The notes under the pieces: generated by a model
The model's input: only the letters and a program-made list of their open reading frames with translations
Told to the model about the DNA's origin: nothing
Databases searched by the model: none
Translations under genes and position numbers: made by a program
Part shown: positions 8,044 through 17,414 of the stretch, piece by piece
Layout of the letters: each line of letters opens with the position of its first letter
Numbering within the stretch: position 1 is the first letter of the stretch
Source of the DNA: a virus
Lineage: Duplodnaviria; Caudoviricetes
Length of the DNA: 35,556 bases
Strand: one strand, 5' to 3'
Virus record (IMG/VR): IMGVR_UViG_3300037296_000054
Coordinates: 1-35,556 of that record

Positions 8044-9312
8044 ATGGCAAACGCATTTTCGAAAGAAGAAACCGTCGCTTTTGACAACCTGCTGGAAGGC
8101 TTCAATGACGCGCTTGTCATGTCGTCTCTTGTCAGCAAGTACAACTTTGGCGACGTGACGGCAGAGCGCAGCAACGACACGATCTGGCGTCCGCAGCCCT
8201 ATATCGGCATCACTTACGACGGACTGGACCAAACCGCCAACTTTGGCGATGCAACCCAGATGTCTGTGCCTGCCTCGCTGGGCTACAAGAAGTCCGCACC
8301 GTTCAAGCTGTCCGCTACGGATTTGCGCGACGGATCGCAGGAAACTGGCCTTGTTGCTGCTGCGCGTCAAAAGCTGGCGTCCGACATCAACGTGGCTTGT
8401 CTAGCAACCGCGTCCACCTACGGATCGCTTGTCGTAAAGCGTACCGCTGCGGCCACTGGCTATGACGACGTGGCCGAGGCTGACGCGATCATGAACGAGC
8501 AGGGCGTCCCGATGGGCGACCGTGTGATGGCGCTGTCCTCGCGTGACTATAACAAGATGGCCAGCAACCTCGCCCAGCGTCAGACCATGAACGAGATGCC
8601 TACCAAGGCTTATCGTCAGTCCTACGTTGGCGATGTCGCGGGCTTTGAGACGCACAAGCTGGACTATGCCAAGCGCCTTGCCGCTGCAACCGCGACCGGC
8701 GTTACCATGTCGGCTGCGAACCAGCGGTATGTCCCAAAGGCTACCTCTACGGCATCGACGGGCGAGACTGCAAACGTGGACAACCGCTTTCAGACGATCA
8801 GCGTTGCTGTCACGGCAAGCACGATCAAAGTCGGCGATGCGTTCACGATTGCAGGCGTTAACAGCGTCCACCACATCACGAAAGAGGACACGGGGCAGCT
8901 TAAGACGTTCCGCGTTGTTGAAATCGTGACTGGTGCAGGCGGCTCTGGAACCATCAAGATCACGCCGGCCATCGTTGCGGCTGACGTGACCCCGAACGAC
9001 GCACAGAAGCGTTACCAGAACGTCAGCGCAACGCCGGCAAACGGCGCAGCCATCACGTTCCTGAACACCGTGACTGCTGCGGTAAACCCGTTCTGGCACA
9101 AGTCCTCGCTGGAATTGATCCCTGCGAACTACGTTGTCGGGAACAACGGTCTAGTGTCGATGGTTGCCACCACGGATCAGGGCATCTCTGTCCGCATGAC
9201 CCGCGAGGGCACAATCAACGACCTTTCGACCAAGTACCGTCTGGACGTGTTCTTTGGCACTGTGGCTTTGCAGCCTGAGATGATGGGCATCGAGATTTTC
9301 GCCCAGACCTAA
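8044..9312 (+). CDS. major capsid protein (P22 coat family)
   Basis: MANAFSKEE.V.F, DTIWRPQPY, KVGDAFTIAGV, KYRLDVFFG...QPEMMG; 422 aa. Confidence 0.93.
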   Translation: MANAFSKEETVAFDNLLEGFNDALVMSSLVSKYNFGDVTAERSNDTIWRPQPYIGITYDGLDQTANFGDATQMSVPASLGYKKSAPFKLSATDLRDGSQETGLVAAARQKLASDINVACLATASTYGSLVVKRTAAATGYDDVAEADAIMNEQGVPMGDRVMALSSRDYNKMASNLAQRQTMNEMPTKAYRQSYVGDVAGFETHKLDYAKRLAAATATGVTMSAANQRYVPKATSTASTGETANVDNRFQTISVAVTASTIKVGDAFTIAGVNSVHHITKEDTGQLKTFRVVEIVTGAGGSGTIKITPAIVAADVTPNDAQKRYQNVSATPANGAAITFLNTVTAAVNPFWHKSSLELIPANYVVGNNGLVSMVATTDQGISVRMTREGTINDLSTKYRLDVFFGTVALQPEMMGIEIFAQT

Positions 9313-9318
9313 GCTAAC

Positions 9319-9345
9319 GGGGCGTCCCTTCGGGGGCGTCCTTTT
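9319..9345 (+). terminator. intrinsic terminator after the coat gene
   Basis: GGGGCGTCCC-TTCG-GGGGCGTCC stem with cUUCGg loop, followed by TTTT. Confidence 0.75.
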
Positions 9346-9366
9346 CCCATGAGAGGAGCCTAAATC

Positions 9367-9528
9367 ATGGCTGACAAGACCCCCGACCCAACGATGCTCT
9401 ACAAATTCCCCGGCGACGTGGAATTGCAGGACGGCGGCTATCAAACGCTGGTCACTGACGACGTAGACGCGGCGAAAAAAGACGGCTGGAAACTGACCCC
9501 CGCCGAAGCCAAAAAGGCTGCGAAATGA
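9367..9528 (+). CDS. small virion-associated protein (53 aa, absent from the ORF track)
   Basis: Strong GAGAGGAG SD; MADKTPDPTMLYKFPG...DGWKLTPAEA; ATGA-coupled to the gp4-like gene. Confidence 0.75.
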   Translation: MADKTPDPTMLYKFPGDVELQDGGYQTLVTDDVDAAKKDGWKLTPAEAKKAAK

Positions 9529-9986
9529 CCAAGCGCCAGATCATTCTTGACGCCTTTGCCGAGATTGGTCTGGCGTCCTATGCGTTCGACCTATCGCCGG
9601 AGCAAATGCAGGCGGCAGGCAAACAGCTTGACCGGATGATGGCCACTTGGTCAAACAACGGCCTCAAGATGGGATATTTCCCCGAAGGCGATGATCTGGA
9701 CGACGAAACCGATGTGCCAAAGGCGGCTAGCGACGCGCTTGTTCTGAACCTCGCTGTCCGCCTTGCCCCAAGCTACGGCAAGACTCCATCGCCTGACACT
9801 AAGTCAGCCGCGCGCGGGGCCAAGCGGTCATTGCTGAATATGTCCGCCGCACCGCAGCCGATGCAGATGGATACGGGGCTTGTGCCGGCGGGGCAGGGTA
9901 GCCGTGCGTATGGCCGCGATCCTGTTTACTTGGACGAATCCGCCCCCTACGTTGCGCCGGACGTAACCGATATTGAATTGGGCTAA
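9525..9986 (+). CDS. head-tail adaptor / DNA stabilization protein (P22 gp4-like)
   Basis: TKRQII..AF.EIGL, LDRMMATW, NLAVRLAPSYGK, P.GQG motifs; position after coat. Confidence 0.88.
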   Translation: MTKRQIILDAFAEIGLASYAFDLSPEQMQAAGKQLDRMMATWSNNGLKMGYFPEGDDLDDETDVPKAASDALVLNLAVRLAPSYGKTPSPDTKSAARGAKRSLLNMSAAPQPMQMDTGLVPAGQGSRAYGRDPVYLDESAPYVAPDVTDIELG

Positions 9987-9989
9987 TCC

Positions 9990-11378
9990 ATGCAGATCCC
10001 CATCTTGTCAGGCATCAAGACCGATGAAACCGCAGACTTCGCCGCTGATTACCCGCTTAACCTTGTGCCTGTCGCTGGGTCGCAGGGTATCAGTGACGGC
10101 TATTTGCAGCCAGCCGAGGGGCTAGTAAAGCGCGGCACCGGTGCGGGTGGCTGTCGTGGCGGCATCTTGTGGCGTGATGCGCTTTATATGGTCCTTGGAT
10201 CGACCCTGACGCGGATTAACGCAGACGGCGTGACGGAGGCTATAGGCGACGTGGGTGCGGGTGGCCGCGTTACGCTGACCTATTCATTTACGCACTTAGC
10301 CTGCGCGGCGGGCGGGAAGCTGTTTCTATACGACGGCACAGAATTTGCCCAGGTGTCGGACCCCGACTTGGGGTTGGTGCTGGCTGTGGCATGGCAGGGC
10401 GGCTATCTCGTCACGACAGACGGTGATGCCATTGTCGTGAATGAATTAAACGACCCCTTTGAAATCAACCCGCTGCGTTATGGCTCGTCGGAAGTCAGCC
10501 CAGATCCGGTTGTGTCCGTGCTGCGCCTGCGCAATGAGATATATGCGATCAACAAAACCACAATCGAGGTTTTCCAGAACGTCGGCGGCACGGGTTTCCC
10601 ATTCCAGCGAGTAGACGGGGCTATGGTTTCGCGCGGCGCTGTCGGAACGGATGCGTGCTGCGTGTTTGCCGAGACTATCGCCTTTATCGGTGGCGGCGAG
10701 GAGGAATCGCCTGCGGTGTGGACGACAACGGGCGGATCATCTGCCCGCATATCAACCCGCGAAATAGACAAGATGCTTGCGGCTGTTCCTGATATGTCCG
10801 CTGTATTCATGCAGTCCCGCGTCTACGATGGTCACGTCCACCTTTATGTCCACTTGCCTAACCAAACATTAGTCTACGACGCTGCGGCGTCTGCCGCGCT
10901 TCAACGCCCCGTTTGGTTTCGGCTGCAAAGCGGAATCGGCGGCGCGTGGCGTTGCGGCGCAATGGTTTGGGCTTATGGTGAATGGTGGGCCGGCGATACT
11001 ATGTCCGGCGACTTTGGCGTCATGGATCGGACATCTGGCGCTCACTGGGGCAAGAAAACTGTTTGGCAGTTTGGCACGCCGATCATTTACAACAACAGCA
11101 TGGGTGCGATCATCCACGACCTAGAGTTGGTGAGCCTGACGGGCCGGATTGAATTTGGCAAGTCGCCGGTCATCGCAACGGAATACAGCCGAGACGGCGA
11201 AACATGGTCACAGCCTCGCACAATTAGCGCGGGCGTGTCTGGTGATCGTCGCAAGCGGCTGATTTGGCTGCAATGCGGCGGTATGGACAACATGCGGATG
11301 CAGCGGTTTACGGGAGACAGCGATGCGCATCTCACTTTTGCGCGCCTTGAGGCCAAGCTAGAGCCGTTGGCGTTCTAA
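9990..11378 (+). CDS. tail hub / DNA stabilization protein (P22 gp10-like)
   Basis: MQIPILSGI, YGSSEVSPD, SRDGETWS; 462 aa; synteny. Confidence 0.9.
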   Translation: MQIPILSGIKTDETADFAADYPLNLVPVAGSQGISDGYLQPAEGLVKRGTGAGGCRGGILWRDALYMVLGSTLTRINADGVTEAIGDVGAGGRVTLTYSFTHLACAAGGKLFLYDGTEFAQVSDPDLGLVLAVAWQGGYLVTTDGDAIVVNELNDPFEINPLRYGSSEVSPDPVVSVLRLRNEIYAINKTTIEVFQNVGGTGFPFQRVDGAMVSRGAVGTDACCVFAETIAFIGGGEEESPAVWTTTGGSSARISTREIDKMLAAVPDMSAVFMQSRVYDGHVHLYVHLPNQTLVYDAAASAALQRPVWFRLQSGIGGAWRCGAMVWAYGEWWAGDTMSGDFGVMDRTSGAHWGKKTVWQFGTPIIYNNSMGAIIHDLELVSLTGRIEFGKSPVIATEYSRDGETWSQPRTISAGVSGDRRKRLIWLQCGGMDNMRMQRFTGDSDAHLTFARLEAKLEPLAF

Positions 11379-11848
11379 TGGTTGACGAGGTAATCCGCAT
11401 TCCGCGCGAGGCCATCCAGCGCCTTGCTAATGGTGACACACGCCTTGCCGCCCAGCTTGAATTGCTATTTCGCACGGCTGGCGAAATCACAGTTTCCGAA
11501 ATATCAGATATCCGCGCAGACATTTCGCTTTCCGAGGCTGAGATTGAAAACAATGCCTTCGACATTGCGACAAACGCGGCGGGTATTGCTGCTAATGTTT
11601 TGGCGATTGCTGCGAACACTAGCGGCGTATCTGTTAACGCTGGCGGCATCGCAAGCAACCTAGCATATATCATTATCAACGCCGCAAATATAGCTGACAA
11701 CGCAGCGGACATATCTGCCAACGCGGGCGCTATTTCGGCGCTGGATGCTCGCATTGATGCGCTAGAAGGTGGCGTGTCCGGCAGCTTTACGACGGTTGAC
11801 GGCAAAACCGTTACTGTCACGGACGGCATTGTCACCGATATCGTGTAA
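11378..11848 (+). CDS. tail needle (gp26-like) trimeric coiled coil
   Basis: I-A-x-N heptad repeats and C-terminal SGSFTTVDGKTVTVTDGIVT; follows the gp10-like gene. Confidence 0.75.
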   Translation: MVDEVIRIPREAIQRLANGDTRLAAQLELLFRTAGEITVSEISDIRADISLSEAEIENNAFDIATNAAGIAANVLAIAANTSGVSVNAGGIASNLAYIIINAANIADNAADISANAGAISALDARIDALEGGVSGSFTTVDGKTVTVTDGIVTDIV

Positions 11849-11936
11849 GTGTTGCGCGGTGGGCCGATCCGTTGTAGGGTTTGATTGTTGAGAAATTGAC
11901 CGGCTTCCAACGGCCACCAGCTAACATGGTGCCGAT

Positions 11937-12377
11937 TTGGATTATACCCCAACCCTTCGCAAGCAGTTTACAGACCTCGGAATTCATGCCGATGCGTCTG
12001 ACTGGTTGGTTGGCGTCTGGGGTGCTTTCCAGTTTTACGACGACCTTGCCGACGGCGACGAGATAACGCGCGCCGATGTTGACCGTGAATTGTGGTCTGG
12101 CATGGTAGCAATGCCAAGCAATCCGTTTTTCATGGCGCGCAGCCAGACGCTGTTGCCGGTGCTGGCGCTACAGATACTCAAGTGGCAAGCAAGCGACTAT
12201 GCCGAGCGCAACGGCCAAGCTGACGCGCGGTCCTACGTTTGGCGCGCTGGGTATTATGACCTCGTGCTGCTGGTGGCCCATCTGTGCGGCGGCGCTGACG
12301 CTGAAAAGGCGTGCGCCGTGCTGTCTATGTATGGCGAAACGATTGACGAATATATGGGGGAGTTTCCCAATGCCTAA
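11937..12377 (+). CDS. conserved hypothetical protein at the P22 gp14 position, with a DDxxD motif
   Basis: 146 aa, predicted helical, FQFYDDLADGD; overlaps the next start. TTG start is uncertain. Confidence 0.75.
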   Translation: MDYTPTLRKQFTDLGIHADASDWLVGVWGAFQFYDDLADGDEITRADVDRELWSGMVAMPSNPFFMARSQTLLPVLALQILKWQASDYAERNGQADARSYVWRAGYYDLVLLVAHLCGGADAEKACAVLSMYGETIDEYMGEFPNA

Positions 12378-13065
12378 TCCGCTAATGGTTGTGGGTGGCT
12401 TGTCCGCTGGTGCCAGCCTTCTAGGCGCTAAGTCTGCGTCTAACGCATCCTCTGCCGCATCTGCCGCACAGACTGCATCCGCGCAGGCTGGTATCAATGA
12501 AAACCGCCGGCAGTTTGACAAGGTGCAGTCGCTGTTGTCGCCTTATGTGACCGCTGGCGATACGTCCCTGCGGTCGCTTATGGCGCTGTCCGGTCAACTT
12601 GGCGTGGATAATCAACAATTCAAAATTAACGAAATCACGAACGGCGCGGAATACCAGGCGATAAACAGCGCGGGCGAGGATGCTATCCTTGCCAATGCAA
12701 GCGCGACGGGTGACCTGCGCGGCGGGAACACGCAAACAGCGCTTGTCGAGAATCGACAAAGCGTATTGGCCAACCTGATAAACCAGCAATATGAACGGTT
12801 CGGCGGGATTGCTACTATGGGGCAAAACAGCGCGACGGGCGTTGGCGCGGCAGCGCAGAACATGGGAGCGCAGAACGCGGCGCTATATAGCCAGCAAGGG
12901 TCTGCCATTGCGGGCAACGCGCTGGCGCAAGGTGCCGCCACGCAGAACGCGCTAGGCGGGCTGGCGCAGGCAGGCGGCTGGATTGCCTCGCAGTACTCGA
13001 CCCCGGCGGGCACTGCCGGCGGCTTGCCTGCTGGCGCAACACCTTTCGGAAGCTGGGGATTCTAA
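12370..13065 (+). CDS. ejection / DNA transfer protein (gp7-like)
   Basis: ATG 12370; Gly/Ala-rich N-terminus, LSPYVTAG, ANASATGDLRGGNTQ. Confidence 0.85.
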   Translation: MPNPLMVVGGLSAGASLLGAKSASNASSAASAAQTASAQAGINENRRQFDKVQSLLSPYVTAGDTSLRSLMALSGQLGVDNQQFKINEITNGAEYQAINSAGEDAILANASATGDLRGGNTQTALVENRQSVLANLINQQYERFGGIATMGQNSATGVGAAAQNMGAQNAALYSQQGSAIAGNALAQGAATQNALGGLAQAGGWIASQYSTPAGTAGGLPAGATPFGSWGF

Positions 13066-14562
13066 ATGGAACCTATGAATTATATGCTGGGCGGCGAAAG
13101 CCCCGTGACGATGGCCATGAAGGGCTATTCGCAAGGCTTGTCCGATACCGCATCGCGTCAAAGCATCCTTTCCGGCGCGCAGAACATGGACGTGCAATTG
13201 CGCGACGAGGGGCGAGCCAATCGCGGCCTAGACCAAGCGGATCGAGGGCTTGCTCAAGCCGACCGCCGGTTGGGGCAGGGCGACCGTGTCCTAGATCAAG
13301 CAGATCGCGGCCTTTCGCAAGCTGACGCGCAGTTGGCCATGCAGCAAGAGGCGCAGGCTTACGAAATGGAGCAGGCGCGGGCTTTGCAACAAGACCTGTC
13401 CGCGCTTATCAGTAACCCCGCCGCGCGTGCCGAGGATTACGCCGCTGTTGCGATCAAGCATCCGCAGATGGCCGATGGCCTGACGCAGGGCTGGGAATTA
13501 ATGTCTAAGCCACGTCAAGAGGCGGACGCGCTGCGGCTGGCGCAGGTTCACGGCGCTATTGAAGCTGGCAATATAGATGTGGCCGAGCGCCTACTAACAG
13601 AGCATGTCGAGGGGCTACGCAACGCGGGGCAAACGCAAGACGCAGACATGGCCGAGGCTGTGCTGGAAACCCTGCGCGAAGATCCAGCCACGGCGAAGAT
13701 GATGACCGGCTTAACGCTTTCCATTGTGGGCGGCAGCAAGTTTGACCGCGTGCTGAATGCGGGGCGTGAGGCTGGCGTACAGTCTGCGAGCGCGATTGGC
13801 GATGCTATTACGATTTTCCCAATGGATAACGGGTCCGTGCGTGTCGTGGACAACGCGACGGGGGAAACCCTAACGGGCCAAGCGGCGACGGATGCTATCG
13901 CGGCATCCCGCGCGGCTGAGACTGATAACGAGCGCATTAAGTACCAGAGCCGCCGAGAAGGCACTTTGGGCGGCGATATTAACCTTGGCGGCGAAGCTGC
14001 GGCAAGTGTTGCTGCGGGTTCGGAGGCTGTTGATCGCGGCACTGAATTGTTCGACCAATATGGCATCGTTAAGTCTGGAATCAACCTGATGGACGATGGC
14101 ATCGCTGCCATTGATAGTGGGGCGAAGTCTGGCGCGCTGGATAAGTTTAAGATCGACACGACGGAAGCATCCGCGCGGCTGCGCATCACCATGAACAAGC
14201 TGGGCTTGAACGTGTTGCAGATGGTCACGTTCGGCGCGTTGTCCGAAAAAGAGTTGGGCCTTGCACTAGAGACGGGTGTTCCACAGAACTTAAACGAGGC
14301 TGAATTGCGCGCATGGTTCGTGCGCCAGAAAGCAGCGCAAGAGCAAGTCGCTGCGGCGATGCTTGATCAAGCTCAATTCTTGCTGACCCCAGGCAACACA
14401 ACAAAGATGTGGATCGACATGCAGAGCGAAAAGGCGGCAGGTCGCGGTCCTGTCGCGCCGGCAGCGGCGGATGCTACTGCGCAACCTGCCCCCATGGGTG
14501 GCGCTGACATGATGTCGATGGGTGATTTTAACGCGTACATGAACGAATTGGGTGGCAACTGA
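13066..14562 (+). CDS. ejection protein (gp20-like)
   Basis: 498 aa, Ala/Gln-rich, FGALSEKEL motif; position between the gp7-like and gp16-like genes. Confidence 0.75.
   Translation: MEPMNYMLGGESPVTMAMKGYSQGLSDTASRQSILSGAQNMDVQLRDEGRANRGLDQADRGLAQADRRLGQGDRVLDQADRGLSQADAQLAMQQEAQAYEMEQARALQQDLSALISNPAARAEDYAAVAIKHPQMADGLTQGWELMSKPRQEADALRLAQVHGAIEAGNIDVAERLLTEHVEGLRNAGQTQDADMAEAVLETLREDPATAKMMTGLTLSIVGGSKFDRVLNAGREAGVQSASAIGDAITIFPMDNGSVRVVDNATGETLTGQAATDAIAASRAAETDNERIKYQSRREGTLGGDINLGGEAAASVAAGSEAVDRGTELFDQYGIVKSGINLMDDGIAAIDSGAKSGALDKFKIDTTEASARLRITMNKLGLNVLQMVTFGALSEKELGLALETGVPQNLNEAELRAWFVRQKAAQEQVAAAMLDQAQFLLTPGNTTKMWIDMQSEKAAGRGPVAPAAADATAQPAPMGGADMMSMGDFNAYMNELGGN
13216..13326 (+). 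repeat. five degenerate 21-bp (7-aa) tandem repeats, consensus ADRGLxQ
   Basis: ANRGLDQ ADRGLAQ ADRRLGQ GDRVLDQ ADRGLSQ. Confidence 0.8.
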
Positions 14563-17414
14563 TGGCGGATTATCTGCAATACGCCAACCAAGGTGCAAAG
14601 CGGGCGTTGCCGATAGATGACAGCCTGATTAACGCAATGGCGTTTCTGGGGGACATGGGCGTCACGATGCGCGTTGTGTCGGGCGGACAGGCGTCTAAGG
14701 ACGAATTGCGCGCCGAGGCGGCGGCTAATGGTCTAGCCGGATCTGCGATTGACGCCTATGTCAAAGAGCACAGCACTGGCAGCGACCGCCACGATCACGG
14801 CAAGTCTGCGGACGTGGACTTTTACAAAGATGGGCGCAAGCTGGATTGGAACAACGCGGACGATCTGCCGACATTTCAAACCATCGTTAAAAACGCGCGG
14901 GCGAACGGGATCACCGGCATAGGCGCGGGCGACGATTACATGGGCGCTGGGCGGATGCACATTGGCTATGGCCCTGCGGCTGTCTGGGGCGCGGACGGCA
15001 AGGGCGCCAACGCCCCGTCATGGCTGCGTGCTGCGTATGATGGCGCGCCTCAAGGCGTGTCCGGCGGTGGCGGCGCTGACACGATGGTCGGGCAAGCGGC
15101 TGAAGACACGCTGGGCCTGCCCGCTATTCCGCAGGCATTGCAGGACGCCTATGATGCTGGACGGCTGACACCGGAAATGCGGGCCGCGTTTGAGGCTAAA
15201 TTCATGCCAGCCCCTGTCGCTGGCGGCACCACTGCGCCAACGCCTACTGCCCCGCCGTTGCCTACGGCGCGCTTTATCCCCATTGATGTTGCCTCGGCAT
15301 ATGCGGCTGGCACGATGGACCCTGACAAGCGGGCGCGGCTGGATAGCCTGCTAACTGCCGGTCAAGTGGCTCTGCCGACGCAGACCGCGATTGATAACTG
15401 GAACATGACGCCGAAAGGTGTTGACCCTGCCGGCGCGGTCGGCCCTGGCAATACGCGCGGCACGTTCGACCGGACCCGCGAACTTGGCGGCGATATGCTG
15501 AACGCATCGGCACAATACGCTGCTGGCGCGACTGGCCTTGGCCCGTCCGTCACGGCACAACAGTTGCCGGATGCTATCCCCGAAGTGGCGCGGCGCGTTA
15601 TCGGCGGCGGTGCTGATTTGGGCATGGCGGCACTGACTGGCGTTGCTGGTCTGTCGCAAGGCGCGGCTGGATTGGTTGGCGATGCTGCGGATGCTTTCGG
15701 CATGAACCCCGCAAGCGCTGACCGCCTGTCCTATGACTTGGCCGCGATGCCAGACGCCTTCGCTGGTAGTCCCGGCATGGTGACACGGCCCGGCGCGAAC
15801 CTGCCCCGCACAACGCCGGAAGCGCGCCCCGTCGCGCAGGCTGCGGCGCGCGTTGAGCCGCCTGTGACGGCCCTGCCCGACGATCCCGCCACCGTTGGGC
15901 GTCTGGTATCGCAGGCAAGCCGCACGGAAAAGCCTAACGCCTCGCAACGCCGCTTGGCCGCTGGAATGGATATAGACCCCGAAGCCAAGGCTGCGGCGGA
16001 TTCGCTTGGCTTTGATTTGCCGCCTGACGTTATGTCGAACAACCAGCAGATCCGCGAGGCTGCGGGCCTGACACGTTCGCAGGCTGGCACGTCTACATCT
16101 GCATCATGGCGTGACACGGTGGCGCGCGCGTCTGACCGTGCGTTGGAAGTCATGGGCGAGATTAAATCCACCAACCTATCTGAAATTTCCGAGCGCGTGA
16201 AAACATCGCTGCGTGCGACCCGCGACGACCTGAACACGCAGGCGGGCGCGATCTATGATCAGATCGGGCAGCAAGTTGGCAAGCGGGCGATCATCGAGCC
16301 GAACAACATGGTGCGGTCTCTGAATGAGACAATCATGGATCTGGGCGGCGAGGCTGGCATGTCCAAAGCCGAGCGCGACCTGTTTGCGCTTGTGACCGGC
16401 GACCAGCCTATCACCTATGAGCGCCTGTCGCGTGAACGCCGCGCGGTTGGCCGTGCTATTTCGCGCGGCGATGGACCTTATGCCGACGCAGACCAAGCAT
16501 CGCTCAACCGTATTTACGGGGCTATGGCCGAGGACCAACTGGCCAACGTCGAACGTCTGGCAGGTCCGGAGGCCCGGGCCAACCTAGAGGCGGCAAACGC
16601 GCTTTACACACAACAGAAAGACCTAGAAGGCACCATAGTCAGCGCGTTCGGCAAAGACGGCGAAGGCAGCATCGCGTCTAAACTAGTCACGGCTGTAAAC
16701 GGCGGGGCCAAGCGGGGCGATATTTCGGGCCTTAACCGCGTGCTGAACGCTATTCCAAAAGACTTGCGCGGCGAGGCAATGGCCACGGCAATCGGCCATG
16801 TTGCATCGTCCACAGGATCGACTGCCAGCCCGTTCAACTTCGCGGCCTATTCCAGCATGTATAAGGGTATGCGCGACAACCCAGCAGTTTATTCCCGCGT
16901 CATTGGCGAACTTGGTCCAGAGGCGGACGGCATCCTACGCGGCCTCTATGTGGTGTCAGACCGTGTAACAAAAGCCCGCGCGAACGTGCTAACGACGGGC
17001 AAGGCGAACCAGTCTCTCGTCAACAGCCTGACCGCAGACGGGCTTGTCAATCGCGTGATGGAAACGTCTATTGGGCGGCGGGCGACACAAGGCGCGGCGA
17101 CTATGGCCGGGGCGGCGGCAGGCGGTGCGCCGGGGGCTGTAGCTGGCAATGCGATTGCCGAGGCGCTGGCCAAAGGCGGTCGCAACCATATCGACCAAGC
17201 GGGCCGCATGTTTTCCAGCCCTGAGTTTCAGCGCCTTGTGACCGAGGCGGCAACGCAGGCAACCCCATCGCGGCAGGCCATCAATGGCGTGACCAATTCG
17301 GCACCGTACCGCCGATGGGCGCGCGCGTCCGGCATCCAGAACCCCGACCAATGGCTTGCACAAGCCGTCATCATGTCCACACAAGCCACGGCGGAGCCAA
17401 ACAATGTCCAATAG
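14562..17414 (+). CDS. large ejection protein (gp16-like) with an N-terminal M15-like zinc peptidase domain
   Basis: 950 aa; STGSDRHDHGKSADVDF (H-x6-D) plus GITGIG...RMHIG. Confidence 0.8.
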   Translation: MADYLQYANQGAKRALPIDDSLINAMAFLGDMGVTMRVVSGGQASKDELRAEAAANGLAGSAIDAYVKEHSTGSDRHDHGKSADVDFYKDGRKLDWNNADDLPTFQTIVKNARANGITGIGAGDDYMGAGRMHIGYGPAAVWGADGKGANAPSWLRAAYDGAPQGVSGGGGADTMVGQAAEDTLGLPAIPQALQDAYDAGRLTPEMRAAFEAKFMPAPVAGGTTAPTPTAPPLPTARFIPIDVASAYAAGTMDPDKRARLDSLLTAGQVALPTQTAIDNWNMTPKGVDPAGAVGPGNTRGTFDRTRELGGDMLNASAQYAAGATGLGPSVTAQQLPDAIPEVARRVIGGGADLGMAALTGVAGLSQGAAGLVGDAADAFGMNPASADRLSYDLAAMPDAFAGSPGMVTRPGANLPRTTPEARPVAQAAARVEPPVTALPDDPATVGRLVSQASRTEKPNASQRRLAAGMDIDPEAKAAADSLGFDLPPDVMSNNQQIREAAGLTRSQAGTSTSASWRDTVARASDRALEVMGEIKSTNLSEISERVKTSLRATRDDLNTQAGAIYDQIGQQVGKRAIIEPNNMVRSLNETIMDLGGEAGMSKAERDLFALVTGDQPITYERLSRERRAVGRAISRGDGPYADADQASLNRIYGAMAEDQLANVERLAGPEARANLEAANALYTQQKDLEGTIVSAFGKDGEGSIASKLVTAVNGGAKRGDISGLNRVLNAIPKDLRGEAMATAIGHVASSTGSTASPFNFAAYSSMYKGMRDNPAVYSRVIGELGPEADGILRGLYVVSDRVTKARANVLTTGKANQSLVNSLTADGLVNRVMETSIGRRATQGAATMAGAAAGGAPGAVAGNAIAEALAKGGRNHIDQAGRMFSSPEFQRLVTEAATQATPSRQAINGVTNSAPYRRWARASGIQNPDQWLAQAVIMSTQATAEPNNVQ

